This document shows, in pieces, positions 44,421 through 55,320 of a DNA stretch of 64,000 nt (its first letter is position 1; each line of letters opens with the position of its first letter). The DNA is taken from the NCBI GenBank assembly GCA_038227875.1, contig JBBRPR010000025.1, positions 1 through 64,000 on the forward strand, written 5' to 3'. This DNA is from Planctomycetota bacterium. GTDB taxonomy: Bacteria; Planctomycetota; SZUA-567; H5-PLA8. A program made the translations under genes and the position numbers. Under the pieces are notes generated by a model. It saw only the letters and a list, made by a program, of their open reading frames with translations. It was not told the DNA's origin and ran no database searches.

Positions 44421-45542
44421 TTACGAAATCGTCTCCTGCCAATTGGCCGCGCCGTCGGACCAGCGTGTGGGAACTTTGAGGTGCTGCGGCGGGCGGGCGG
44501 GTTCGTTCAGCAGGAGTGCAGCGCGGCGGCCGATTTCTTCGAAATCCACGCGGGGGCCGGGCAGGGCGGGGTAGGGTGCGTGAATGCCCTGAAACGTCGC
44601 GACGTAGAGATTGCGCAGACGCTCCTTTCCCAGCGCGCCGGATTGGATCAACAGACGCGCGCCTCGGACGATCAGCGCCGCGATTGTACATTGGACGGTG
44701 AGGATCGCGGTGTACGGCGGAGTAGTTTCGAGCAGGCGGCGGATGGTGACGCTCTGGGGACCATCGGACGGGAATGAATTGTAGATGCATTGCTGTCCGG
44801 CCTTCAGACCGGCGGCGGCCATGCCGCGCAGAAAACCAATCTGGCGCTCCTTGGAATCCGGATCGATCTTGCGCGTCGTAAAATGGACGTACTGCACGAA
44901 GGCAATGCGCTGGTGGCCGAGTGCGGCCAGATGCAGTACAGCGTCGTGCGCGGCCTGCCTGTTATCGACACTGACGGAGTGAATCGCCCAGCCTTCGGCG
45001 GGGCTGTCGCACATGACGATGGGCAGACGGAGCTTTTCGTAGCGCTTGAGCGTGGCAGCGAGGAAACGTCCGTAAAGCAGAATGCCACGCGGCGAGAGCC
45101 GGGGCAGGTGATGCGGGAGATGCGTCTGCAACTCCCGGTCGTGGACGATCAGCAGCGGTGCGTAGAGTTTTCCCACTCCGGCCGTCATGCCGGTTTGCAG
45201 GTCGACGAAGTCGGCATTTCCCATCGCATCGGCTAGCGGTTCGGTGACGAGCTCCAGGATCAGATTGCCGTCGACGTCGAGACTGCGCTTGGGATTGCGC
45301 GCAGTGAGACGGCGCTGAGCGGTGAGCGTAAGCCAGCCGTCCTGCTTGAGCGTGTCGATGGCCAGTGCGGCGGTGCGCTTGCCGACGCGGAACTCTTCGG
45401 CCAATTTGCGCAGCGACGGTAGCAGCTTTCCTCCCGCAAAGGATCCTGCGGCAATTTTGCGCTGCAGCTCCGCGGCGATGCGCCGGTAGAGCGCGTCGGA
45501 ATTTGGCGGACGGCCGGGGCCTCGGGCGGACGGGGCTTTCAT
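44421..45542 (-). CDS. GntR-HTH / LacI-type effector domain regulator (AraR-like)
   Basis: LYRRIAAEL...LPSLRKLAEEF wHTH; SVSVDN...HLAALGHQRIAFV. Confidence 0.85.
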   Translation of the reverse strand: MKAPSARGPGRPPNSDALYRRIAAELQRKIAAGSFAGGKLLPSLRKLAEEFRVGKRTAALAIDTLKQDGWLTLTAQRRLTARNPKRSLDVDGNLILELVTEPLADAMGNADFVDLQTGMTAGVGKLYAPLLIVHDRELQTHLPHHLPRLSPRGILLYGRFLAATLKRYEKLRLPIVMCDSPAEGWAIHSVSVDNRQAAHDAVLHLAALGHQRIAFVQYVHFTTRKIDPDSKERQIGFLRGMAAAGLKAGQQCIYNSFPSDGPQSVTIRRLLETTPPYTAILTVQCTIAALIVRGARLLIQSGALGKERLRNLYVATFQGIHAPYPALPGPRVDFEEIGRRAALLLNEPARPPQHLKVPTRWSDGAANWQETIS

Positions 45543-45692
45543 TTCTGAAGCGTATCCGCGCGATGGTTTCGGGCAACGTATTTAAGGGGACAATAATTAT
45601 CCGAGAGTGGAGCCCAGTGAGTTTCATGGATCACTTCGGTGTAGTCACGGGTACGCTGTGCTGATACGAGCGCGATAAAGGATGGGCTGAGC

Positions 45693-48600
45693 ATGAAGCG
45701 AACTTCGAACGAAAATTCCATATTGCTACTGGCGCTGAGTCTGCTTTTGGCGGCCAACGCCACTGCGGCAGCGAGTGACGCCGCCGGAGATGCGGCTGCG
45801 GCGAAAAGCATTCTCGACGCTGCCAAAGTCAACACGGGACTGTGTGTGCATCTGGGTTGCGGACGCGCGGACTCGCCGGGATTGACAGCGGCGCTGGCGG
45901 AATCCAGCGAGATGGTTGTGCACGGTCTGGCGCTCGACGATGCGGCGGTGACGGCCTCCCGCAAAGCAATCGAAGAGCGCGGCGTTCCGGGACGCGCGAT
46001 GGTGGAGAAGCTGAGCGACAAAGCGCTGCCGTATGTTTCCGATCTGGTGCGGCTGGTAGTTGTCGAAGACCTGGCCGCGGTGACGGCGGCGGGGATCACG
46101 CGCGAGGAAATTCTTCGCGTGACGTGTCCCGGCGGGTCGCTGTGCGTCCGCGAAAGCGGGAAGTGGAACGTCACCGTGAAGCCCCGACTGAAAGAGATGG
46201 ACGAGTGGACGCATCCACACCATGGGGCCGATGAGAATTTGGTCTCCAACGACAAGGCGTTTACATTTCCGATCAACTTGCGCTGGCTCGATGGTGTGCC
46301 AACCAACCGCGGCGGTTTTGGCGAATGCGCGGCGTGCCGGGCGGTGGTGGTTGGCGGCGGCCGCTGTATTACGGTGAGCATGGAAGACTTGAAGAACATC
46401 ACCAACGCCAAGCCTACGGCGTACGTAATGGCGCGAGACGCCTATAGCGGCATTCCACTGTGGAAGCTCAATTGCGAAGGCTCGTACAGCAAAGTCGAGC
46501 TGGACTGGCGGAACGTCTGGCCGATCGTCGTCAACGACACGACGGTGTTCACGGCGCGCAACAGCGAAGTGATTTTTATCAACGCGGCGTCGGGCAAGGT
46601 GGAGACCACATGCGCGACGAAATATCAGCCACGGAGACTTTTGCTCCTGGAGAAGACGCTCGTCGCCGCGTGCTGGGAGAAGACGGAGGATTCTCACGAA
46701 AAAGATGGCTTCGAAAACGATGGCATTCGCGCGGTGTGGTGGCCGGCGGGCAGCGGCAGCGTCGAGGCCTTTGATCCGGAAACGGGAAAGCCGAAGTGGT
46801 CTCTGCCGATCACGGCCGTCACCATCGCTGCGTCCGACGGCACGGTGTATCTGCTGACGCAAAAGGGAAATCCGCCGACCGAGCGCGATCTGATCGCGGT
46901 CGATCTGGCCACCGGCAAGGAAAAGTGGCGCATGCCCTACACGGCATTCGGCGAAGAGCCAGACACGATCTTGAGCTTCGCGGGGCCGTCGTGCGTGGTG
47001 GTGTCGAAATCGAAGGCCAAGGACAAGCACGGCGTGTTTGTGCTGGCAGCGGCCGACGGAAAAGTGATGTTCAATGTTCCCAACACGGCCGCGCGCTGCA
47101 TCGTGAACGGGGAACTCTGGTGCACCGATGGCCGCTACGATCTCAAGACCGGCAAGAAGACGCCCGGCCCGGGTCTGGGTGGCGTCTACGCAGGCACCAA
47201 CGTGATCGGCGGTTGCGTTCCGCCGATCGTGGTGGGCAACAAGTACATCACCGGCTCGCGCGGCTGTGCGTACACTCAACTGGCTGAAAACCCGGAGAAG
47301 CCGTCGACGCGACTGACCTACACCGGCGCGCGTGGCGCGTGCATTCAAGGCATGGTGCCGGCCAACGGCATGTTCTACACGGCTCAGAATAATTGCGCGT
47401 GCGTGGGGGCTCAGGTGCCCGGGTTCCTTGGCATTGGACCCAGTGTTGACGCGCCGAAGCCCGAAGAGTTCGAGAAAAAGCGCCCGGTCGAAAAGGGACC
47501 GGCGTTCGGTGCGTCCGCGGCGCCGCTTTCGGCCGACGAGTGGCCGATGTACCGCCAGAACACGGCGCGCAGCGGTGGGTTTTCCTCGAGCATTCCCGAC
47601 GTCTTGAAAATCCTTTGGACGTCGCCGTGCGTCAAGCCGCCGGAAGGACATCTAGCCGATGCGTGGGATACGCGCATCGGCACGCCACAGCCACTGACAG
47701 CGCCGATCGTGTGCGGCGGCATGGTCATCGTTGCCGGGCTGAACTCCGGGCAGGTCATGGCACTCAATCCAGATTCGGGCTCGAAGTTGTGGACGTCGTC
47801 GCTCGGCAGTCGCATCGATTCGCCACCGACGTACTTCAACGGCCTGCTGCTGGTCGGATGTCACGACGGCTGGGCCTACGCGCTGCGCTCCAAGGATGGC
47901 GTGCAGGCGTACCGCGTGCGGATCGCGCCCATCGAGCGGCGATTGGTCGATCACGGTCTGGTGGAATCAGTCTGGCCGGCGACGGGCGCGGTGCTGGTCC
48001 ATGAGGGCGTGGCCTTCGCCACGGCGGGGCGTTCGACCGAAGCGGATGGCGGCATTGCCATTGTGGCTTTCAAGCCGGAGAGTGGTGAAATGGTCTGGGC
48101 CAAGTCGATGGGCACGGGGAAGGGGATGCTCAATGACATTCTCTCCGTTCAAAACGGAGAACTGGTCTGGCATTGGATGCGCCTGGATCCCAAGACCGGC
48201 GAGCCGCTGACGCCAGCTCAAAAATTCTACAGCCATGGCTCGATGATCGACGGTTCCTGGACGGTGGGTTTTGGCCAGCGCAGTGGTGGCGGGTTTTCTC
48301 TGGGCCGCGTCAACAGCGGCATGATGGCGTGGAACGATCAATTGGTGGTCACGTCGCAGTTCGCCGTTCCGCGAGCGAAAGCTGACGCGCCGAAACCTTT
48401 GCCGACTGCCGCTCCCAAGCATCCCGATGGATTCAAAGCTGAAGAGCTAGCGTGGCGGTTTGAGCTGGAGCCGCACATCGAATGGGCGCGCGTGTACGCC
48501 ATGGCGCTGACGAGCAACACGGCGCTTTACGCCGGAGCAGTGTTCAACGGCTGGGCGAACGGCAAATACGACGGCAGCTTTCTGTGGATCAAGTCGACCG

Positions 48601-48728
48601 TCGACGGCAAATCGCGCCAGGCCCCGTTGCCGCTGGATGCGCCAATCTGCTACGACGGCCTGGCCGTGGCCGGCGGAAAGGTGTTTATGGCGCTGCAGAA
48701 TGGGACGGTGGTGTGCTTGGGGAAGTGA
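45693..48728 (+). CDS. Second large PQQ-binding-like beta-propeller protein
   Basis: Signal peptide; GLCVHLGCG, LPYVSDLV, DEWTHPHHG, ARDAYSG, EWPMYRQNTARSG. Confidence 0.85.
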   Translation: MKRTSNENSILLLALSLLLAANATAAASDAAGDAAAAKSILDAAKVNTGLCVHLGCGRADSPGLTAALAESSEMVVHGLALDDAAVTASRKAIEERGVPGRAMVEKLSDKALPYVSDLVRLVVVEDLAAVTAAGITREEILRVTCPGGSLCVRESGKWNVTVKPRLKEMDEWTHPHHGADENLVSNDKAFTFPINLRWLDGVPTNRGGFGECAACRAVVVGGGRCITVSMEDLKNITNAKPTAYVMARDAYSGIPLWKLNCEGSYSKVELDWRNVWPIVVNDTTVFTARNSEVIFINAASGKVETTCATKYQPRRLLLLEKTLVAACWEKTEDSHEKDGFENDGIRAVWWPAGSGSVEAFDPETGKPKWSLPITAVTIAASDGTVYLLTQKGNPPTERDLIAVDLATGKEKWRMPYTAFGEEPDTILSFAGPSCVVVSKSKAKDKHGVFVLAAADGKVMFNVPNTAARCIVNGELWCTDGRYDLKTGKKTPGPGLGGVYAGTNVIGGCVPPIVVGNKYITGSRGCAYTQLAENPEKPSTRLTYTGARGACIQGMVPANGMFYTAQNNCACVGAQVPGFLGIGPSVDAPKPEEFEKKRPVEKGPAFGASAAPLSADEWPMYRQNTARSGGFSSSIPDVLKILWTSPCVKPPEGHLADAWDTRIGTPQPLTAPIVCGGMVIVAGLNSGQVMALNPDSGSKLWTSSLGSRIDSPPTYFNGLLLVGCHDGWAYALRSKDGVQAYRVRIAPIERRLVDHGLVESVWPATGAVLVHEGVAFATAGRSTEADGGIAIVAFKPESGEMVWAKSMGTGKGMLNDILSVQNGELVWHWMRLDPKTGEPLTPAQKFYSHGSMIDGSWTVGFGQRSGGGFSLGRVNSGMMAWNDQLVVTSQFAVPRAKADAPKPLPTAAPKHPDGFKAEELAWRFELEPHIEWARVYAMALTSNTALYAGAVFNGWANGKYDGSFLWIKSTVDGKSRQAPLPLDAPICYDGLAVAGGKVFMALQNGTVVCLGK

Positions 48729-48740
48729 AGCATGCAGTGT

Positions 48741-50615
48741 TTATTTGTAAGTTGCCGCCACCTTAAAATCGAGCGGCTCGGACTTCATGATTAATTTGCC
48801 GTCCGCTCTGATTTCCCGCTTGAGGGCGTTCATAAACGGTAGCGAGAGAGAATGCCAGACTTGCACGATCTCGACTAATTTCCCATCTGCATTCAGGACC
48901 TCGTACTCCTCCCATGTACAATCCACTTCGCGTCCGCCGATAGGCTGGAGACTGCGACCTCTGGATTTGAGCCTCTGGGTTTGCCCGTCCTCCAGATAGA
49001 CTCCCCCGAAGACGATAGCCTTGGTGAACGTCTCGGAGCTTTTTTTCGAATGGCCATTTATCGTTGCAGTCGTTTCCACGGAAATTTCGTCGCTGGTTAA
49101 TTTTGTCACTACGTAGCGTAGCTGTACCGAATTCGCCAGCGTCCCTTCGTAATAGGTTTCCTTGGAGGAAAACCAATCGCCCACTTGAATTTTATCCGGC
49201 GGCCCAAGTTCTTCGCGGTTCGAAGCACATTGTAGATGCGGCAGCGCGGCTTTGGCGATAAACCATGAACCCATACGGTTGTTCAGCATATCATTGTCCA
49301 GGATTTTGCCATGATTCGTGTCGCTCGCTTCCACGGCGAACATGCCGTTGTCGTGAATCCGGTTTCCGCTGAGGTCCGCGCCGCTTTCATCCATCAATTC
49401 GATGCCGCTGAATAAATTTCCATAGATTTCATTGTTAGTCAGGGTGGCAAATCCATGCCCTTTCAACAGCACGCCGCGATTATTGCTATTGCCATGAATT
49501 TTGCAGTTTTTCACATCGGCCTTGCCGTCCTCCATCACGCAAAATGCGAATCCATTGTCGAAAATTTCACAGCCATCTACTTTGATATTGCCCGTCTGGA
49601 TTACGCACACGCCGTTTTCTTTGTTATTGTGAATCCGGCATCGCGCCATGTCTGCATTGCCCGTAATGCACAGACCGACATTCCTGCACTCAAGGACTTC
49701 GTTGTCCTCTATCCGGCAAATACCTGAACCGTGAGCGCAAATGCCCTTGAAGGAACCTTTAATAGTATTGCCAGTAACGACAGCCACTGCCGTTGAGTTT
49801 ACGGTAATTCCTGCGTATTCATTTTCCGAGTTTGTCACGGAATTCCTTTCGTAAATGCCGCTGGCTGATTGGTCGACAAAGATCCCGGAATTGCCGCTGT
49901 TGAGAATTTTATTTCCGCGCACCGTGGGATTTGCCGTACCGTTCACCATAATGCCAAAGGCCTTATTTTCCGCGATTGAATTGTTTTCGATCAATAGTTT
50001 ATCACCTGAATGATCGATTGTAATGCCGTCGTTCAAATTGGCATTGATTTGCGAATCGTGAATCTCAATTGATCCCACAGAGTTGATGGTCAGACCGGCC
50101 TTGGTATTGGCGGAGATGTCGCAGTGCTCCCCATAAAGCCCGCCAAACACGGAAATTCCACTGGCCTTGCATTCGATCAAATGGCAGTTCTTAAGTCGTG
50201 CAGTGGCTGTGGTGGAAATTAGAAGTCCATTTCCGCCGGCGCTGCTGAGCGTACAATCCTCGGCCGTCAATGTGCCCAATCGGACATCCATACAATCGAA
50301 AGGTGACGTGGAGGTCTCGCGGACGACGAGGTGTTCCAGAGTGACGTCCGACGCCACGATAACGCACGTTCCCGAATGCTTCACGACAACTTCCCCTTCC
50401 GGATTTCCTTTTAAAGTGAGAATTTTGTCGATTTTGAGTTCTTCGTTATAGGTGCCTGTCTTGATCAGGATTGTATCCCCGGACTTGGCCGCTTCCATTG
50501 CTGCATCAATCGTCGCATAGTCGCCACTGCCTCCGGCATCCACGGTCCAGGTGCGCGGACCGCCGCATCCGTCGAGCAGCAGAAGAAGGCTAAGTGTAAG
50601 AAATGCATTTCGCAT
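48741..50615 (-). CDS. Right-handed beta-helix (pectin-lyase-like) probable lipoprotein
   Basis: Lipobox-like LDGC; YATIDAAM...GDTILIKTGTYNE; Asn/Ile-rich NxIxxN repeats; lower GC. Confidence 0.8.
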   Translation of the reverse strand: MRNAFLTLSLLLLLDGCGGPRTWTVDAGGSGDYATIDAAMEAAKSGDTILIKTGTYNEELKIDKILTLKGNPEGEVVVKHSGTCVIVASDVTLEHLVVRETSTSPFDCMDVRLGTLTAEDCTLSSAGGNGLLISTTATARLKNCHLIECKASGISVFGGLYGEHCDISANTKAGLTINSVGSIEIHDSQINANLNDGITIDHSGDKLLIENNSIAENKAFGIMVNGTANPTVRGNKILNSGNSGIFVDQSASGIYERNSVTNSENEYAGITVNSTAVAVVTGNTIKGSFKGICAHGSGICRIEDNEVLECRNVGLCITGNADMARCRIHNNKENGVCVIQTGNIKVDGCEIFDNGFAFCVMEDGKADVKNCKIHGNSNNRGVLLKGHGFATLTNNEIYGNLFSGIELMDESGADLSGNRIHDNGMFAVEASDTNHGKILDNDMLNNRMGSWFIAKAALPHLQCASNREELGPPDKIQVGDWFSSKETYYEGTLANSVQLRYVVTKLTSDEISVETTATINGHSKKSSETFTKAIVFGGVYLEDGQTQRLKSRGRSLQPIGGREVDCTWEEYEVLNADGKLVEIVQVWHSLSLPFMNALKREIRADGKLIMKSEPLDFKVAATYK

Positions 50616-50879
50616 TCAATTTCCCCAGTGGGTAAAAGGACATCAAAATGATAACAAGCCGGCCGGAAAGCGTTGGGGATAAAAAATCGAGACGGCGTAG
50701 CCCGGACGCGCTGTGACACCCCGTAGAACCATTCACGCCCAATACTCAGCATGTAAAATAGTCTGAAAATGACATCCATTAGTCCATCTTTGTCATCCGA
50801 AATCCCATGAACTAGAGTGTATGCTGCACCAGCAGATTGTAGCGGTGGTCGGAGATTGACATTAGTGGAGGGCTTTCCT

Positions 50880-53807
50880 GTGCGCTTCGGCAGAATCCTG
50901 TGCATGGTCGCGTTCGTGTCCGCAACGGGCTCCTGGGCGGCGGATCTCCGGGACGTGACGCCGGTCACGGACACCATCCTGATGGTCCACTTCAACGAAG
51001 GCCACATCGATCAGGCACTCAACGAGAAGGACGCCAAGCCGTACATTTCCAAGCTGGACGTCAAAGCCGCCGTCATCGCCGAGAATTACAGCATCTCGAG
51101 TGAAGACGATCCGCGCTTCAAGTCGGAACAACATCCCACCAAGCTCGGTCGCAAGGCCAAGGCTGTCGACACGCTCTCTTTATTCCGGCCAGAAAAATTC
51201 GTGCTCGACCATTGGATCTACCTGACGCTGCCGCAGGCGCTCCAGCACGGCTGCACATACACACTGCGCGTCGAAAACCTGGCGAGCAACGCGCCGGCGT
51301 TTACGTTTCTATTTCTCGAAAACAGCCTCCACTCCGAAACGATTCACGTTAATCAAATTGGATTCACGCCTGACGGACCCAAGTACGCGTACCTGTCGCA
51401 CTGGATGGGCGACCTGGGCGGCGTGAATCTCGACGCGTACACCGGCAAGCCGTTTCACGTGATTCGCGTCGGCGATGGTGCGACGGTCTTCAGCGGGAAC
51501 GTGGCCAAGCGCAAGGACCTGAAAACGGGCGCGCCGCAGACGTCGGCGCCGGTGGACGGGACGCCGTTCAGTCCCATCAAGAAGGCCAACGTGCCCAGCA
51601 ATTTCACCGAAGCGGATGTCAGTGAGTGCGATTTCTCCGCGTTCAAAACGCCCGGCAATTACCGCGTGGCGGTGGAAGGAATGGGCTGCTCGTTCACGTT
51701 CGCGATCGACGAGGACGTCTACCGCAAAGCCTACTACGTGGCCAGCCGCGGACTCTTTTTTCAGCGCGCCGGCATCGAAAAGGAAATCGAACCCGGCATG
51801 AACTATCCGCGCGATCATCATCCCGACGACGGCATCAACACCTTTGAGTACGACAAGAACTGGCGCTGGATCGACAAGCCCGACCACGGCAACAAGATCA
51901 CCCCGACAGGCACGCTGAAAGTTTGGGGCTGGTACCACGACGCTGGTGACTGGGACGGCTACCCCGGCCACGTCAACGTGCCGATGTGTCTGCTGATGCT
52001 TTACGATCTGGCCGGCGAGAAATTCGCCGATGGCCAGGTTTCCAACCGCTACAAATCGAACACGGACAAATCCTGGATTGACGAAGGCAAGAACGGCATC
52101 CCCGACGAACTGGACGAAGCCAGTTGGCTGATCCAATACTACAAGCGGGCGCGCGCAGTTGGCCTGAAATCCGGCGTGACGACGGGCGGAGTTCCCGGCG
52201 GCTACAGCGGCGTCGATTCCTGCGCCGGAGACGCGTCGTGGAAGGACACCCGCGCGCTGATGTTCTCGGCCGAAGATCCGGCGACAACGTATCAATACGC
52301 CGCCGTCGCCGCGTGGCTGGCGGCCTGCCTGGACAAGGCGGCCGGCGGTTCGAGCCCCGACAGTGCGGAGTGGATCAAGGAAGCGAAGGAATCGTACGCG
52401 TGGTCCAAGGCCAACATGCGCGCCGGGGACGAAGACAAAGTGATCCGTCAGCGCGCGCTGGCCGCGCTGTGCCTCTTCCGCGCAACCAAGGACGCCGCGT
52501 ACCACGAGCAGTTTGCGGCCGACATGCAAAAAGACGTGTCGTTTCAACAGGGTGCCGACGGCTGGTACGGTCCGGAGAACTGGGAATACGCGGCCGCCAT
52601 TTACGCGCTGCTGCCCGCCAGTTTTCCCGGCGTAAACGCGGAGCTCCAGAAAACATTCCGCACCAAGGTGCTCGACGCAACGGAGAAGAAATACATCAAG
52701 ACGGCCGCGGACCGCGGATACCGCCTGGGCTTTGACTGGTTCAAGATGCACCAGCTCGGCACGTTCAGTACGCCGATCCTTTTCGAGCCGGCGATGGCGT
52801 ACAAACTGACGCGGGAAAAGAAATATCTGGACGTGATGCAGACCACCGCGTCGTACTGTCTCGGCGGCAATCCCATGAACATGGTCTGGATGACGGGACT
52901 GGGCCAGCGTTCGGTGAAATCTCCGTTCCACCCCGATTCGTGGGCTCTGTTTCGTTTCAACAGTATGGTCTACGACAATGAGTTCCTCCCAGGCTACGTG
53001 CCCTATGGCAGCACGGACGTCGATTTCTTCGGCCCGGGGTTCCACTTCTCCGGCAGTGAAAATTACAGCCGTTCGTCGGCCTACCCCGCGGTGGAAACGT
53101 GGCCGCTCAGCGAGACGCGTTTCGAAAACCGGTACAGCATCGCCGCCGGTGAATTCACCATCACGCAGAATATGGCGCCGTCCATTTTCGCCTACGGATT
53201 CCTCTGCGCCAACGCTGCGGCGATGAAGTCGCCCGCGTCAATCACGCGTCCGGGCGTCGCGATGGAATTTCCCAAAGACGCAGCCGTTTTCAAAGCTGGC
53301 GGCGATGTGGCGCTGCGCGTCAAAACCACCGCAAACGTCGACCACGTGGAATACTTTTACAACGAGCACTACATCGGCACCGCCGACGCGCCGCCCTTCG
53401 CGCTCACCTGGCACGCCGCGCCGCAGGGCGAATGGCTGATCACCGCCAAAGCTTTCGACAGCGCCGGCAAAGTGTCGAAGCCCAACGATCCGGCCTTCAA
53501 GGTCGACGTAAAAATCCGCGTCGACGCAGCCGCACCGGCGGTTGCGGTGGAGAAAGCGGAAATTCTGAACGCGCCCAAGAATGCGCTGATCGCCAACACC
53601 GAATGGAATCTGGTAGCGTCCGTCCTGCCGCTCACGGCGTCCAATCAGGCCGCCGTGTGGTCGTCGAGCGACGCCGCGATCGCGTCTGTCAACAGTCAGG
53701 GGGTGGTTGTCGCGAAAGCCCCCGGCAAAGCGACGATCACGCTCAAAACCACCGACGGCGGTCGCACGAGCGAATGTCAGATTCAGGTTGCATCGGCCAA
53801 GCCTTGA
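50880..53807 (+). CDS. Glycoside hydrolase family 9 protein with Ig-like domains
   Basis: IHVNQIGF (CelD_N-like), GWYHDAGDWD, LGGNPMN, GEFTI; C-terminal Big_2-like WSSSDAAIASV. Confidence 0.85.
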   Translation: MRFGRILCMVAFVSATGSWAADLRDVTPVTDTILMVHFNEGHIDQALNEKDAKPYISKLDVKAAVIAENYSISSEDDPRFKSEQHPTKLGRKAKAVDTLSLFRPEKFVLDHWIYLTLPQALQHGCTYTLRVENLASNAPAFTFLFLENSLHSETIHVNQIGFTPDGPKYAYLSHWMGDLGGVNLDAYTGKPFHVIRVGDGATVFSGNVAKRKDLKTGAPQTSAPVDGTPFSPIKKANVPSNFTEADVSECDFSAFKTPGNYRVAVEGMGCSFTFAIDEDVYRKAYYVASRGLFFQRAGIEKEIEPGMNYPRDHHPDDGINTFEYDKNWRWIDKPDHGNKITPTGTLKVWGWYHDAGDWDGYPGHVNVPMCLLMLYDLAGEKFADGQVSNRYKSNTDKSWIDEGKNGIPDELDEASWLIQYYKRARAVGLKSGVTTGGVPGGYSGVDSCAGDASWKDTRALMFSAEDPATTYQYAAVAAWLAACLDKAAGGSSPDSAEWIKEAKESYAWSKANMRAGDEDKVIRQRALAALCLFRATKDAAYHEQFAADMQKDVSFQQGADGWYGPENWEYAAAIYALLPASFPGVNAELQKTFRTKVLDATEKKYIKTAADRGYRLGFDWFKMHQLGTFSTPILFEPAMAYKLTREKKYLDVMQTTASYCLGGNPMNMVWMTGLGQRSVKSPFHPDSWALFRFNSMVYDNEFLPGYVPYGSTDVDFFGPGFHFSGSENYSRSSAYPAVETWPLSETRFENRYSIAAGEFTITQNMAPSIFAYGFLCANAAAMKSPASITRPGVAMEFPKDAAVFKAGGDVALRVKTTANVDHVEYFYNEHYIGTADAPPFALTWHAAPQGEWLITAKAFDSAGKVSKPNDPAFKVDVKIRVDAAAPAVAVEKAEILNAPKNALIANTEWNLVASVLPLTASNQAAVWSSSDAAIASVNSQGVVVAKAPGKATITLKTTDGGRTSECQIQVASAKP

Positions 53808-54776
53808 TCAACCTTTAAATTGCTTCCGCCAGAATTGGGGCGGCAAGCCCGCGTACGCTTTGAACGATTTTGAGAACGCGAACGCATCGGAGAAGCCCAG
53901 CGCACAGGCGATCACTTCCACCGTGCGATCGCCTTCGCGGAGCCAGACGCTGGCCTGTTCCATTTTGCGCCAACGCAGGTGCTCTGCGGGCGTGACGTCG
54001 AACCGTGCGCGGTAAGCGCGGCTCAGGTAATCGGGATTCAAATCCAGCGCGGCCGCCAATTCGCCCAGCGACGTGTAGCGCTGGAATTGCTCCTCGATCA
54101 ATTCGCGGCAATGGTCGGCGTGAGCATCGCTGCGCGACCGCGCGGGCAGATCGAGCGTCTGGTCACCCGCGACGATATTCAAGAGCGCCTGAAAATAATG
54201 CAGCGCTGCAACCCGGTCTGTCTCGGACCAGGACGGCGCATGTTGAATCACGTCTTCCAAGTCACGCTCGATTTCCCGTCGCCGGCGAACTTTCAGCAGC
54301 GTGGGGCTTGGACCGCCAAGGGCCTGCCAGAACCGGTCGAACGCGGTTCCGTTGGCGTGAGCGATCGCGAGTTCGAGATCCCCTTTGGGTTCGACCCAGA
54401 AGCGGTAGCGGGTATCGGGCGGCACTGCGATGAACTGCGCGGGACCCACAGTTACCGCACGTTCGCCGCCCGGTGCGCCATGCTCAAGACGACAGGTACC
54501 GCGGTAGACGTACAGCAGTACCGTCGCGTGAATCTGGCTGAAGTAGATGCCTGTATCGCGTACCCATCGCTCGCGTGCGATGCGCTGGATGATCAGATCC
54601 CCTGACTCGGTCTGGAGCGGCTGCGACGACGCGCGGTGCACCAGGACTTTCAGCGGTCCGGCGTCGAAAAGACGGGAAGTTCCCATGGGCGCATGGTCGT
54701 CTATTGACATGCCGGAGTCAATGACTGTGCAGGATTCGCGCGCTGATCCAATCGACAAATCCCAGAGCAGACGCAA
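53808..54776 (-). CDS. AraC-family transcriptional regulator (start may be ATG 54710)
   Basis: LNPDYLSRAY...LGFSDAFAFSKSFK. Confidence 0.87.
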   Translation of the reverse strand: MRLLWDLSIGSARESCTVIDSGMSIDDHAPMGTSRLFDAGPLKVLVHRASSQPLQTESGDLIIQRIARERWVRDTGIYFSQIHATVLLYVYRGTCRLEHGAPGGERAVTVGPAQFIAVPPDTRYRFWVEPKGDLELAIAHANGTAFDRFWQALGGPSPTLLKVRRRREIERDLEDVIQHAPSWSETDRVAALHYFQALLNIVAGDQTLDLPARSRSDAHADHCRELIEEQFQRYTSLGELAAALDLNPDYLSRAYRARFDVTPAEHLRWRKMEQASVWLREGDRTVEVIACALGFSDAFAFSKSFKAYAGLPPQFWRKQFKG

Positions 54777-54885
54777 GTATAAGTTGGGGCGGCCGTTCTA
54801 TAAATATTGCGGCGCTATTGCCGGATTTGCTGTATACAAAAATCTAGGTGGCCTTCCCTGTTTAGTTGAATGAGAAAGGTAGCAG

Positions 54886-55302
54886 ATGAAGAAGCTCCAA
54901 CCCAAAGCGGCCGGCAAAGCCGCCTCAAAACTCATCAGCGAAAAGATTGCCGAACTGGGTGACTGGCGAGGCGCGACGCTGAAAAAAGTGCGCGAGCTGA
55001 TCCACGAGGCCGATCCGGAAGTTCTGGAAGAATGGAAGTGGATGGGAACACCAGTCTGGTCGCATGACGGAGGCATTTGCACGGGTGAGTCGTACAAACA
55101 GGTCGTGAAGCTGACCTTCTTCAAGGGTGCGGCGCTGAAGGATCCGGCCAAGCTTTTCAATTCCAGCCTCGACGGAAACGTCCGTCGCGCGATCGATATT
55201 CGTGAGGGCGAGGAACTTGACGCGACGGCATTCAAAGCGCTTATTCGCGCGGCCATTGCGCTGAATTCTACGGGCGGCAAGAAACCCGCGAAACGGAGGT
55301 GA
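54886..55302 (+). CDS. DUF1801 (YdhG-like) protein
   Basis: DWRGATL..VRELIHEADPEVLEEWKWMGTPVWSHDG...FNSSLDGNVRRAID. Confidence 0.88.
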   Translation: MKKLQPKAAGKAASKLISEKIAELGDWRGATLKKVRELIHEADPEVLEEWKWMGTPVWSHDGGICTGESYKQVVKLTFFKGAALKDPAKLFNSSLDGNVRRAIDIREGEELDATAFKALIRAAIALNSTGGKKPAKRR

Positions 55303-55320
55303 ATTCCTGCGGTTGCTCGG

